Assembly: GCF_009914755.1 (NCBI RefSeq)
Contig: NC_060928.1
Reading direction: 5' to 3' (one strand)
DNA from: the human T2T-CHM13v2.0 reference genome, Homo sapiens
Length of the DNA stretch: 64,000 nucleotides
Position 1 is the first letter of the stretch; every line of letters begins with the position of its first letter. This document shows, one piece after another, positions 36,131 through 49,405 of this stretch. The notes beneath the pieces are model-generated. The model made no database searches. It worked only from the letters and a program-made list of their open reading frames with translations, and was not told the origin of the DNA. The translations under genes were made by a program, and so were the position numbers.

Positions 36131-37229
36131 GTTCATTGGTTAAATAGCCCCCTCTTGTATACCTCTTACACGTACATGTGGTTTCTTCTACTTATTCTTA
36201 GGTCAATTTTATTAAATCTGGAGGGAGATAGTAGATTATGAGGACCTAGGCAAGGAGGGTATAATGGACAGATGCCTTGCTTGATCAGCCTCTATTTCTC
36301 CTTCTTCCTAATACTATTTATTATTATTATTTGGAAAGCCACTTCTGAGAAGTGGAATGCCACTGTCAGTCCTTGTGTTTTTCGGTGGGATAAACCCAAT
36401 TTCTGGGGTCTAAGAATGGGAGGTGGGTGGGTAGGTGTGGCAGGCATGCTACTCAGGCTGGCCCATGACTATGTTCCATCTCTCCTATCAGAGGGCTTGA
36501 GTCCGAGAAAGATACGGGACCCTAGTCAGCCCAAAGAGTGTCAGCACTGGACTTCTATGAAAGTTAGTGGGAAAGTGATATTGTTTCCACTGAGGTTTCT
36601 CAGCTGGTAGATTTAAGGCCAGAGCTGCTAATGGCCTTTTTTGCCTTTGTACGTGCAGGACCTGTGAGAGAAAGCCGGGGAAGCAGAACCCTTTGATGGA
36701 GACAACAGAGTCAGGACAATATTGTTTAAAACTCCTAAATCCAAACATGCCTGAAGCTATAAGTTACTTCTGAAATTTAAAAATTTATAAGTAAATTATT
36801 TTTTTTCTCCCTAAGCCACTTTTAGCTAAAATAGGCCTATGTGGAGAGTACCAGTAGGTGTGAGGGAGGGGAGACAGATGAAGTGACATCTCAGGAGAAC
36901 TCGCTGATTTGATTGGCTGGATATGGAGCGTGTGGGAGAAAGAGGAGATAAAGATAAATGTGAAGTTATTTAAATGGTTTGTGATGCTTTTTAACCCAAA
37001 GAAAGATATGATTGATGTAGAAACAACTTTTCCTTTTACATATCCAATCCACATATAAAAACATATTTAAATCATAAACTGTAAGGATGGTAAACTAGAA
37101 ATTTATGGCTGCTTCTCAGTAGCAACGTTTTTTCTTTAATTATTTTTGGCTTAAAATTTTTGATAAGTTATATCTCTAAGGGTATACAAAATAACTTGTT
37201 GAATTTGCAACGTGCTTTGTAGATTTCAA

Positions 37230-37420
37230 ATTACTTTGGAGTCTGTCATTTGACCCTCACAAGAACCATATAGTAGGTGGGAGAGTTAACATCGTCCCTT
37301 ATTTACCAATGAGTGTACTGAGGTACAGAGAGGTTAACATAGTTAACTAAGGATACCGAGCAAATATCTTGGAGGGATGGTATGAGAACCCAAATTTGCC
37401 AGTCCAGTGCTTTACCATAT
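37230..37420 (-). mobile_element. MIR
   Basis: 'tcatttgaccctcacaagaacc...actgaggtacagagaggttaa'. Confidence 0.75.
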
Positions 37421-39454
37421 ATCATTCAGTTCTCCAATTCCTCGTAATTATAGTTACTTATAATCAATGATAAAATTATAGCCAGTGACCAAGTTACCCA
37501 GTAACATTCCAAAAATGGCATCACATTTTCATTTAAGCATTATAAAATATATTTAATCAAGTCAGAGCTATTCTAAAAGAATAATAATAACTAGAACGAT
37601 CTTGGATGACTGGCTTAGCCAGAGTCCCCATGTAGATCTGAGTGCTCATTGTGGGTCATGGCCACTTTCTTGTATCTCAAATATCCTCTGCAATTCTGGA
37701 ATGGGGAGAAGGTAAAAATAGGAGAGGACTCTGGCTCAAAGGGGGAGGGTTCTGTAAATTGGAATGATCACTTTAGATGGTGAAACATTTTCTTGCTAGT
37801 TATGTAATTCTGATATGCTTTTAACTTCCAGTTCCTAGGAAAGAAGTTGTTTCAACTCTCATTGGAGGAAGTATAAGGTGATCTCAGGGAAGGCGAGAAG
37901 GGCTGGTTGCCTGCCAAATCTATAATCAAGTCGGCTCCACAGTCAGTTGAGTAAACAGGAGTTATTATATATATGAGAAGTTTTGGCCGGGAAAAAGGTG
38001 TAAATAGGTTAAGTAAATTGACAAGGAACAACATATTGGGTCATTAGTCAAAACTCATCATGTGATCTACATAACATAAACATCAACATAAATGCAACTC
38101 ATTTTCCCAAATAGCTACACACTTAATTTTCAAGTGCTAACAAAATGGGGCTTGATTTCAATTAATACTAAATAATTTTATGCCATTTCCAAATTTTCGT
38201 TTCTTTGTGGGAATGTCAGAAATGTTGAGGCTAATGCAAAGACTTTCTGAACACAAGAAAAGGCTTTACTTTGTATAATTATCTGGTTTGATGTTCTGTT
38301 GCTACGTGAAATACTGTTTACATCATGTGGTTTTAGAACCAAAACTGTGTATTGAATTTCATCCAAATCATTTAGTTAAGTCTAAGTTTACAAAGGAAAC
38401 TAATGATGTGGCTTTATTTCAATGTATTGATTCTGGATTCATGAGCGTGTGTCAAAATGTGATTACATACTGTCTAATTTCTGTACAAGCTCCCTACCCT
38501 AAGCTTACCCCTGCTAAGAAATCCTTGGTGTATTGATTCTTCATTTCATCTTAAACTAGTACTTAGGTAAAAATATGATTAGGGCCCTTTTTCTTCACTT
38601 GAGAAAAGTGGGGACAATAATTCATGTGATAAATCAATATTATTCCAAATAAAAACAAGAAGCAAATTCTAGAAAGGGCAAACCAATGTTGGATTTGGAC
38701 AAGACTTTGTGGAACTTAGGATGATTGAGATCTGTCTAGCATCTCAGGTGTCCTCTTCAATTTTGGCAGAGGCAGAGTTGGAAATGGGGAGAGGACTCTG
38801 GCTCAAGGTGGAGAGGGGCTTCCACAAATTGGCAAATGTCACTCTACATAGTTTTGAAAACAGAAAACGACCTTGCTTTATAAAATTCTGTGGTTTGATG
38901 TTCTGTTGCTTTGTGAAATGCTTTTTAGAATATATATTAGATACCTATACATCATTATATATTATATGGTAGGAAGAGGGGCAGAAAAAGAATTGCTTTC
39001 TTATCACTAACTCTCTAACAAAATATTTCCTTTCTTACTTCACCTGAAATTGGGTGCTTAAGGGAGGGGATGGGAAGATGAGGCAGCTGGGAAAGTTCAG
39101 GCTGGGTGACAAGAAGAGTAGGAAGAAGACAGATGGTGTTTTTCAGAATAGATGGCCTCTGATCAGAAGTAGAGTCATCATATTGACATTGCCAAAAAGA
39201 TGGGCTCTCAAGCTCTCTCCTACTGTAGTTTTAAAAATTAAATATTCTTGCCTTATACGAATTAGAACATGTCCTAAAAATATGTTGGGTGCTCAGGTGC
39301 TGTGCTCATAATGCTCACTAGTTAGCAACCTATCTGACACTTTATACCTTACTTGAAGGCCCCAATTACATGCTGATAGAAGTTGCCTTTGATTTTGCTG
39401 CAATTTTGTGTATTTCTTATTTTAATGGAATACTTCATATGTATGTTTTACTTC

Positions 39455-39800
39455 AAGAAGGAGGTAGGATGGTTGTCTCCAGAGGGTAGGGTGTGGGGGA
39501 GGGAAGGAATGGGGAGCTGTTGATCAAAGGGTACAAAGTTTCACATAAAAGGAAGAATAGGTTTTTGAGATCTATTGCACAGCAGAGTGACTATAGCCAA
39601 TAATAATGTATTTATGTCTCAAAATAACTAAGAACAAATTTGAAATATCTCACCATAAAAAATAATGGGTAATCAAGGGGATGAATATATTAATTAGTTT
39701 GGTTTAATCATTCCACATTGTATTCATGTAGCAAAACATCACATTGTATCCCATAAATGTATATAATTGCAATTTGTCAATCAAAAATAATATTAATAAT
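39455..39800 (+). mobile_element. L1MA8-10-like 3' end
   Basis: 'gatcaaagggtacaaagtttca', 'gagatctattgcacagcagagtgacta', 'catcacattgtatcccataaatgtata'. Confidence 0.85.
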
Positions 39801-40270
39801 TTAAAATTTTTATTTCTTTGTCTTGACTTTATCCTTCTAAGTAGGAATTGTACATATGTCATAGCTAATATTATTTTTTCTTAGTCTTAAAAATATGTCT
39901 ACAGTTTCTCTGTTAAGTATGATGTTTGTTATAAAGTTTTGGTAGTTAGCCTTTAACAATTTCTTTTTTCATAATTAGCCTTTTCATTTTTGTCCACTTT
40001 TTCTCAGGCCAATTCTGGTAATTTATATTGACAATTTATTATTATATGTATAATCATGTAACATATGTTATATATGACAACTTAGAACTTCATATAAAAC
40101 CAGTTATGTAACTTGTTTCAAATTCATGGTGTTCTTTTATGGATGAGGATATTTTGACTCTCACACACCCAAATACTGCTATATATCCTAGTTGCCTGTT
40201 TCTTTTAGGACACCGCTGCTAGTGGTATACAGAACTTTCGCTCTTTTGTGTTAGAGAATTATTCGCTTAT

Positions 40271-41686
40271 TAATACATTTTGTATATTTTTTGTTTTTAT
40301 ATTTTTCTTATTTCGATAGCTTTTTGGGTACAAGTGGTTTTTGGTTACGTGGATGAAATACATAGTGGTGAATTGTGAAATTTTAGTGCACTCCTCACCC
40401 GAGTTGTGTACATTGTACCCAATATGTAGTTTTTTGTCCCTCCCCCCTCTTCTACCCTCCCCCCTCTTCCACCCTCCCCCTTCTGAGTCTCCAAAGTCCA
40501 TTATATAACTCTATTTGCCTTTGTGTACTTCACAGCTTTGCTTCCACTTCTAAGTGAGAACATACAGTGTTTGGTTTTTCATTCCTGAGTTACTTCACCT
40601 AGAACAATGGCCTCCAGCTCCATCCAAGTTGCTGCAGAAGACATTATTTCATTCCTTTTATGGCTGAGTAGTATTCCATGGTGCGTATATACCACATTTT
40701 CTTTATCCACTCATTGGTTGATGGACACTTAGATTGGTTCTATATCTTTGCAATTGTGAATTGGGTTGCAATAGACATATGTGTTCATGTGTCTTTTTCA
40801 TATCATGATTTCTTTTCCTTTGGGTAGATACCCTGTAGTGAGATTTCTGGATCAAACGGTTAGATCTACTTTTAGTTCCTTAAGGAATCTCCATACCGTT
40901 TTCCACAGATGTTGTGCTAATTTACATTCCCACCAGCAGTGTATAAACATTCCACTTTCACCAGATCCAGGTCAACATCTATTGTTTTCTGACTTTTTAA
41001 TTATGGCCATTCTTGCAAGGAGTAAGGTGGTATCTTTTCCTTTGGGTAGATGCCCAGTAGTAGAACTGCTGCATTGAAGGATAGATCTACTTTTAGTTTC
41101 TTAAGAAATCTCCATACTGTTTTCCATAGAGGTTGTAATTCTTCTTTTCTGATTTGGATGCCCTTTATTTCTCTGGACTGATGGCTCTGGCCAGGACTTC
41201 CAGTCCTATGTTGAAGAGAAGGGGTGAAAGTGGGCATCCTGGGCTTGTTTCAGTTCTCAGGGGAAACACTTTCAACTTTTCCCCATTTAGTATGATGTTG
41301 CCTGTGGGTTTGTCATATATGGCTTTTATTAACTTGAGGTAAGTACCTTCTATGCCTAGTTTGTTGAGAGTTTTTAAACATAAAGTGATGCTAAATTTTA
41401 TCAAGTGCTTTTTCTGCATCTATTGAGATGATCATATGGTTTTGTTTTTAATTCTGGTTATGTAGTGTATCACATTTATTGATTTGCATACATTAGACCA
41501 TCCCTGCATCCCTGGGGTGAAACCCGCTTGATTGTGGTGTATTATCTTTTTGATGTGCTGCTGTATTTGGTTAGCAAATACTTTGTTGAGGATTTTTGCA
41601 TCTATGTTCATTGGGGATATTGGTCTGTAGTTTTCTTTTTTTGTTATGTCCTTTCCTGGTTTGGCGATTAGGGTGATACTGGCTTC
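40271..41686 (-). mobile_element. L1PB-type 5'-truncated LINE-1 with internal duplication and deletion
   Basis: L1PB 3'UTR ('gggtacaagtggtttttggttacgtggatgaa'); ORF 41165..41419 is ORF2 RT sequence ([28 protein letters not shown]); probable TSD attcKcttatt. Confidence 0.92.
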
Positions 41687-42150
41687 ATTCTCTTATTTCT
41701 ATGTGACTGGTATGCAGAGATAAGGGTTTCACCATTTGTACGAATATGCAGTTTTAATGTGAAATGTCTTTTAGCTATTTGATACTTTTTCTTTCTTAAT
41801 AAATTGAATGAGTATACACACACCTATTCTGATGCTGTGTGCATTTAAAACCTCATGTACTTTGTCACTCTAGCTTTATATTGCAGACTCCCTTACTGTA
41901 TTGTCTGGACTTACTTCTGCCCACCACATTGCTTACTCTGTAGGCTCCAGGGGTGAATGCCAGGGATGAGGTAAAATTTTGGTTATATATATGACTGACT
42001 TTTTACAAAGATGAAATTAAAATTATTTCTTTAGGGCCATGTAATATCACCCAAATCATGTTGGTCAAAGAGTACAAACTTTCACTTACAAGATCAGTAA
42101 GTTCTGGGAATCTAATATGCAGCATGATGACAATAGTTAATAATACTGTA

Positions 42151-42719
42151 CAGATGTTCCTTGACTTACAATGGAGTTACGTCCCAACAGACTCGACGTA
42201 AGCTGAAAATATTTTAACTCAGGGGTGTCCCATCTTTTGGCTTCCCTGGGCCACGCTGGAAGGATTGTCTTGGGTCACACATAAAATACACTAGCACTAA
42301 CGAAAGCTGATGAGCTAAGAAAAATCACACAAAAGAATCTCATAATGTTTTAAGAAAATTTACAAATTTGTGTTGGGCCTCATTCAAAGCCATACTGGGC
42401 TGCATGTTGCCCATGGGCCATGGTTTTGACAAGCTTGTTGTAACTTAAAAATGTATTTAATACACCTAGGCTACAGAATATCATAGGTTAGCCTAGCCTA
42501 CTTTAAATAAGCTCAGAACGCTTGTATTGGCGTACTTGGGCAAAATCACCTAACACAAAGCCTATTTAGTAATAAAGTGCTGAATATCTCATGTAATTTA
42601 TTGAATACTATGCTGAAAGTGAAAAACAGAATGGTTATATGAGTACTTAAAATGCAGTTTCTACTGACTGACTTTTACACCATCTTAAAATTGAAAAATT
42701 TTAAGTAGAGAACTCTCTG
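42151..42719 (+). mobile_element. MER47A-like (Tigger) DNA transposon containing MER30
   Basis: 'cagatgttccttgacttacaatggagttacgtccc' start; TA at both flanks. Confidence 0.85.
42220..42436 (+). mobile_element. MER30 (hAT-Charlie)
   Basis: 'caggggtgtcccatcttttggcttccctgggccac...gacaagcttg'; 8-bp TSD ttttaact / ttgtaact. Confidence 0.9.
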
Positions 42720-42851
42720 TATTGTATCCTTGAAATCTGCTAAAAGAGCAGGCCTTAAAAGTTCTCACTACACGCCCAGGTAACTATGTGAAGTGATGGA
42801 GGTGTTGACTAACTTGATATCACTTCACAATATTTACATATATCAAAGCAT

Positions 42852-43460
42852 TGTAACTCAATTGCAGATTCAGTCACTCGATGCTTGCCGAGTCCAGTTT
42901 ACAAGAGTGAGGTCTGATATAAAGAAAGTGACTTTTTAATCCAAAGCTTAGCTTATGGAAAGAAGTCCAGGCTCTTGCCTTTAAAGGCACTGCTTCACTT
43001 TTGGGGCAGAAAGCCAGAGCTTTTAAAGGGGAACTTGGCATGAATGACAGGCAGGGAAGGAGCAGTTGGGGGTCTAGGTGACTTGCTTTGTTGCCTTATC
43101 TACCCAGTGGTTGAGCTAGTGCTAGACTGTAAGGTGGCTGTGGTCTGGAGATACTCTCCAGATGGGAGAGAGTTTCCTGTGGGCAAACTTTAGGTTGTAA
43201 ATTGACTCTTGTCTCTAGAGGCAATCTTCTGGTGGGAGAGATTTCTGGCTCTGGGGCTTCTAGGTATGCACACAATTAGATGAGCTTGTCCTGTAGGGAA
43301 TGTCTGGTGAAGGGAAGGTAGAGGTTCTAATTGCATTTCTAAAGAGTTAAGTAGGAAGTGGGGAACAGGGGCAGAGGAGGAAAGAGAAAAAAACAAAAAA
43401 AATAATTTAAAAAATAACTCATTCTCTTTCTCGTTTGGGAAACGGCAGTACTGGGGTACA
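42852..43460 (-). mobile_element. MER67-like ERV1 solo LTR
   Basis: TG...CA termini, 4-bp TSD gcat; antisense start 'tgtacc...agaaagagaatgagttattt'. Confidence 0.82.
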
Positions 43461-43475
43461 GCATCCCATTGTACA

Positions 43476-43705
43476 CAAAACTTGTCTAACCCACGGCCCA
43501 TGAGCTGCATGAAGCCCAGGAAGGCTTTGACTGTGGCTCAACACATTCAAAGAAAGTTTGTAAACTTTCTTTAAACATTATGAGATTATTTTGCAGTTTT
43601 TGTTTTAAGCTCATCAGCTGTCATTAGTGTTAGTGTATTTTATGTGTGGTCCAAAACAGTTCTTCCTATGTGGCCCAGGGAAGCCAGAAGATTGGACACC
43701 CTTGC
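43476..43705 (-). mobile_element. MER30 (second copy, inverted relative to the first)
   Basis: Ends 'gtggcccagggaagccagaagattggacacccttg'; TSD ttgtacac / ctgtacac. Confidence 0.9.
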
Positions 43706-45374
43706 TGTACACCTTAAATACAGAGTTTTGTGTTTCAATTTTCCCTCAGTTAAGCTGGGAAAAAATGGCCATACCCAAAAATTACACATAAAATAGTTGG
43801 GTCAAATTTCTATTTTAATCTTGAATATCTTTCTTTTACAATAAATAAACTTCTCTCACATGATTTTTTAATAGTTTCAGAGTGTTTCATTTTATGGATA
43901 TTTCAGAACTCAATAAGTTTCTATTTATTTATTTGGACACTGTGGTAGCGTCTGATTTTTGCTAAATCTTGGTGCACATTCTTAAATTTCAAAGCTGGAC
44001 TTACTGAGTCTAGTGGGTCTTAAGACATATTGTTATCTGCCTCTCAAGAAGGTTTTGACTCACTTCAAATGAAGTCAAACATCTTCACCATGTATTTAAC
44101 ATTCAAATATTTTGTATGTGTGATTGTTCTCTTAGCTTATTTTTTGAGTTTTCACTGAGTTAGAACAATTCCTTGGTTTACTATAAAAAGAGAAAAAATT
44201 CATTATGAGCCAAATGGATTTTGAGAAATATATTCTGAGTTTTCTCTTTACAGAGGTTTTTTTTTTTGTTTTTGCCTGGAGCATAGGGTTAACTGGACTA
44301 ATTTACACTTTTCCATTAGCTTTATCTTATTCAGGATAATATGAGCCAGTTTCTTAACCCTAACAGGGCATATTTCTGTTTTTTCTTAACTCGTTCTTTT
44401 TCTAGTGTATTGCTAAGTTTTCCAATTTAGTTCTTGCCTTAAAAATGACGTTGTCTAACATTATACTTGTAAAATACTGGAAAAAGTTTTTGTCATTCTT
44501 GCTGCAGACAGTCAACAACTCAAGGTAACCCCTAGGTTAGCTGGAAATACATCTTGATTGGTACAGACTCCGGTTTCTAAGTGAATAAGCCGAGAACACA
44601 CTGAGTGCCTGACGATGTGACATGCTATCATGTCACATGAAACTATCAGAACTTGCTGGGGTTCCAGATTCTGCACTAGAAATTCCTCCCAGTCGAGGGC
44701 TTTTTTTCCCTCCTGTGAAAAATAAACCAGAAGAAAGGAGAAGATGTATTTTTGTAATTTAGTTTCATGATTTTAAGGACCAAATCTCAGCTTTATGTCT
44801 CTAGAATAGGAAATAGAGATATCGTTGTCATCTTATGTTTTTTCTCACTTGATCTGATCTATGATCTGTTGAAACTTGATCATCTGTTCTTGCAAGTGAG
44901 GTTTTGTTGCTACATTTCTGAACTTCAAAATTAGAAAAATAATATCCTGAAGCTTCTAATACTTACAGTTGAGCAGACTTTATATTCTGTTTACACCTAC
45001 CATTTTACATAAATCTTTATGCCTTTTATTTAGAAGACAACATAAAAATTAAAAGAGAAAAAATATCCCCCATATTCATAATACCTCTCTATGGACTATT
45101 CTTTTGTGGGATAAGGTAGGTGGGAGAATGGAAGAGTAGCAGACCCATTAGAATACAAAACATGTAAGTAACTATTATTTTTAAATTGGGGCCACTTGGA
45201 CACCAAGATATTATTGCCTTTTTAAGAGATGTGTGTTCTAGAGAACTGATTTCCTTAAATCATTTCTGTTTCCAAGTTTCTACTCACAAATGTACTAGTG
45301 TCCTAAAGGGCATGAAGGAGATATATATATATATATATGTATGTAGAACAGTGATACACTAAATATGAATAGTA

Positions 45375-45436
45375 ATATAGTAAATCACTGTTCTTCAAAA
45401 TATGTATAAACAGAGATATAGTAAATCACTGTTCTT
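45375..45436. repeat. 21-bp direct repeat at 41-bp period
   Basis: atatagtaaatcactgttctt at 45375-45395 and 45416-45436. Confidence 0.88.
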
Positions 45437-47909
45437 TTATAAACTGGGTCCCTATTCTATTTTTTATCCCCATAATAATATATTTTATAACTTCTGTTTA
45501 GAATATTGGCAGATAATAGAACTTGATTTTCTGATTTTCAATTTAAACACTTATCAATCAAATACATAAGTACTTGTACAGGGTAGAGAAAAGTTAATCC
45601 TTTATATTATCTACGTGTCTCTGAAAGACAAGAAAGTTTCTGTACATTTACAGACTACAAATACAGAAGTTAAAGCAAATGCCTTCTAGCTGGCATAATA
45701 TTAGGAAAAAAGCAGACTAAAGTATTATAAATTGGTAACAGAAGATATGTAAAGTAAAGACATGATCACCTAGATAGTATAAATCAATTTTCTATTCTTG
45801 TGCTGAAGCCTAGACCCCACATGGCAGCCTGATGTAATTCCATTACCATGCTTAATTACTTGGCACTTGTATAGCCTTTTTATTTTTGTGTTACTGTTAT
45901 TCCTGGTAAATCATTCAGAAGAAATAAATTAGCTTGCCACTCAAAATTAACTAGTATGGTGCATTGCTGCCCCACCCCCCAAAAGATGAGTTGACAGCTA
46001 CTGGGCATTAATCTAGCCATTTTTTGATAACAGAGTATCTCTTTGCACATAGTTATGAGAGTTATAAACATTCCAAATGTAATTATCTCAGTCCTTTACA
46101 ACTTGGAAGTCTAATTAAAGAAAGTTTAAGATACTGTAAATCTTAAGGAATTTTAGGTTTATAATGTGGAACCCAGTCAGAGTTTGGGATTACATTGGAA
46201 AGTGAGTATATTGAAAAGGATTGCAGAAACATTTCTCTCAGCCAGAATTTAATTGCTCAGAAAACTGAATTTCAGTAAAATAGATGAAAAGTGGTAGGCA
46301 GAGAGACTCAGACCTATGACTGCTGAAGAAAGAGCTAATTCCATATCCGTTTTTCTAGATGCCCTGGAATACACTTGTGTCAGTGACAAATGCTGCTTTG
46401 CTGTGCTACATCGAGTACAAGGTAGTGATGAGACATGACTGGGAAGCAGTTACCAGAGACAAGCAAGGATAGGGCTTTGACTGCATCCTCTGCTGGTGGC
46501 TTCTATAGTTATGCATAAAATTTATTCTGACCTGTTTACTTTTATAGCCTGTCTTTACTTTGTTTCTTTTAATATTATGCATGTTTAGGCGATGCTTTTT
46601 CTTTAAATATGTGAGCAAATCTATTGGTGTAATGTACTCATTACCCTAAAACCTATATTATAATGGACCTGAAGACCATAAGGTAGAAGATCAGAAGAAA
46701 AAGAAAATGCATACATTTTTATCTTTAAAACAATTCACTTTTAAGATTATTTTCTTGAAAGGTATACCTTTGATGGAGCTGAATCTAGTTGCTTCAGGCA
46801 GATACAATAGGATACAATAGGATAGGACTTCTTGGGTAAAAAAGGTGTAGTAATCTGTGAGACTCACCGGAAGGAGAAAGGCAATTATGCATTAATTTGG
46901 CTGAGGCCAGGGTAGTAAGCAGATTCATTATAAATTCTGGCAGCAGAGGAATACTTGAGAAATGCTTATAGTTAGATCATCTATTTTTCCAAGCAATATT
47001 CTTCATGTCATTCCACCTTGCAAAAACTTTGTGGAATAGAATAGGCATATGAAGAGCAATGAATAGACTTTGCATTAGATTGGTAATCTTGCTACTAGTA
47101 CATTAATTTACTTGTATTACTGATATTTTAAGATAGGATTTTTACAGATGTTTATATATTTTTAAAAAGCCTATTTTTTTCTTTACCCATTTTCTCAATT
47201 TTTTTAACCTCGAAAACTTTTTCCTCCCTGAGAGAAATACATGGGCTATCTTCAGCATAGAACACAAACTCTGCCTTCTTTTCTCAAGTCCAGTGATTCA
47301 AGTTTGACACACCACACCACGGTGGATGTGCCTTGTCATGACACATCTTCTCAGCAGCACTAGAAGATACATCCAAAGTCCTGTGAGCAAGGTAAGCCTT
47401 GTAGCAACACTTTGATGTCTTTGAAAAATGCAAAAATGCTCACCGATCAGGAGGAAAGGGGCCAAAGGAGAGGTATTTCCCCCTCACATGTAGTTTTTAT
47501 TTTTTTAGCGTATTTTTTGTTTTTCTCTAAATCAAACTCAGACTTACTCTGTTTACACTGAAATACACTGCATAGTGCCGTAGGTGTAATCAGACCCAGA
47601 TCTCAACAATGTGTATGATTCCATACCCAGTATAAATAAGGGTTTAATATCAACTCCATCTCTGAGTGAGAATGAATAGCTCTGAAAAGTCAATTCTTCC
47701 TATTTTTCTTTTACATTTGGCCTTGTAATAGCTGTTTTATGTCATTTCCTTTGAGAGCTCTGATACCAAGTTGGAATAGTCCATTATATCCTAGCTCTCA
47801 GTCTTTACTGAAAGTTACATGAAAGAAGAGGCCTTTGCCTGCAATTCAGAATTCTAAATTACCAGCCTTTCTTAATTTCAGGTTGCCCCTCCTGGACATG
47901 TTGTAAACT

Positions 47910-48140
47910 CATGCATGGGCTTTTGAGTTAGAAAAATTTGTGTTTGGAACTTTTCTCAGCTCTTGGCTTTTGACCTGGCCAGGTTACTTTTAAAGCCACA
48001 TCTTCTTTTATTTTATTTTAATTATTTGTCATCTTAAGAACGGGGATAATGAAAGTACCAGCCTCACTGAGTTATGTTATTTGAATGATATAGCCTAAGT
48101 GATGAACCTAGCTTAGGGTCTGTTACCTGGGATGATGGTC
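47910..48140 (+). mobile_element. MIR, diverged
   Basis: 'gcatgggcttttgagttag...tgacctggccaggttactt...ggggataatgaaagtaccagcctcactgagtt'. Confidence 0.6.
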
Positions 48141-48409
48141 AGTGGAAAGCCAAGATTTTTTGTGATTTTGTTTATATGCTGCTAGCATATAAAGGAGTGT
48201 CTCAAGTCCCATCACAGCTTTCAAAGCTCCTCTTCCTTTTGTCTGAGCAAACACTGAGAAAAGTCTGACAGTCAATGAACTTTAGTACTGAGATGTGCTT
48301 AGGAGGTATGGTTGTTGTTAGGTTTGATAATTATCAAAGAGAGTGATTCACTTCTTAGAACCCTGACCTGCAGCTCTAAGGTCCTAAAAGACTAACCATT
48401 ACCAACAGA

Positions 48410-48427
48410 CACTGCCCTCTAGTGTGC
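48410..48427 (-). promoter_or_regulatory. CTCF-like motif
   Basis: Minus strand reads GCACACTAGAGGGCAGTG, one mismatch to the core CCASYAGRKGGCRS. Confidence 0.45.
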
Positions 48428-48679
48428 TTGTCTAATTATATGTTAACTATAATTAGCACTTTAAATCTGATAATTCCTACCTAAGAAAGTATATTACCTG
48501 GTGCAGAGCCTGGCAGAGAGGAAGTGTGCGTTGAATATATGCTCATGGTTTATTGAGTAAATCCAGATCTTTCCTTGGTACTGGGTTAGAACTCTGGGAG
48601 CATACCTTTACAGACTTAGCAATCTGGAAACAGCTGGATATCCTTTGGGGTGATCTGGAACAGTTTGTCATTCTTCATT

Positions 48680-48830
48680 TCTACTAACATTTATTAGGCT
48701 GATGTGTAAGCTCTAGAGTTGGCACTCATAACTTCATTTAATCCTCACACTAGTCCTTTGAGGAACATATTATTCCTATTTTTCAGATAAGAAATTTGAG
48801 ACTTAAGCAATAAAGTGACTCACTAATAGC
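48680..48830 (-). mobile_element. MIR
   Basis: 'ttcatttaatcctcacac...cctatttttcagataagaaatttgagactta'. Confidence 0.72.
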
Positions 48831-49019
48831 AATAATACTAGTAGCAGCTAAGTTGACTATACTGTGTGAACCTGTGTCACACCTTAGGTGCTATCTGGAT
48901 AGTAGCATGCCTTGCCTAGCATGGATTTGGGGTACTAAACTCTGTACATTCGGTTGTCCCCAAGATCCTTCCTTGAGAGCATATTATTTAGACCTATTCT
49001 TATTTTTAGGCTTGGGCCT

Positions 49020-49405
49020 TGTTGTGGACTAAGTGTCTGTGGCTCCCCACAAAATGTATATATTGAAGCCCTACCCCATGATGTGGCTGTATTTGGAGAT
49101 GTAGCCTCTAAGGAAGTAACTGAAGTTAAAAGAGGTGATAAGGGTAGAGACCTGATCCAACAGGATAATGTCATTATAAGAAGAGACACCAGAGAGCTTA
49201 CCCCCTCTCTTTCTACCATGCAAGGACGCAGCGAGAAGATGGATGTCTACAAGCCAGGAAGAGAGTCCTCACCAGAACCAAACCCTGCTGGACTTTGATC
49301 TTGGACTTCCCAGCCTCTAAAACTGTGAAGACATAAATTTCTGTTGTTAAACCCACACAGGTCTGTGGTATCTGTTTATTATGGCAGCCTAGTAAGACTA
49401 AGACA
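49020..49405 (+). mobile_element. MLT1A0/MLT1B-type MaLR LTR
   Basis: 'ttataagaagagacaccagagag', 'gatcttggacttcccagcctc', end 'gactaagaca'; near-TSD ggcct / ggcca. Confidence 0.9.

Larger units (their letters stand above)
42058..43765 (+). mobile_element. L1MB-type 3' end split by nested insertions
   Basis: Collinear pieces ~42058-42150, 42720-42851, 43461-43476 and 43706-43765 ending 'cctcagttaagctgggaaaaaa'. Confidence 0.8.
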
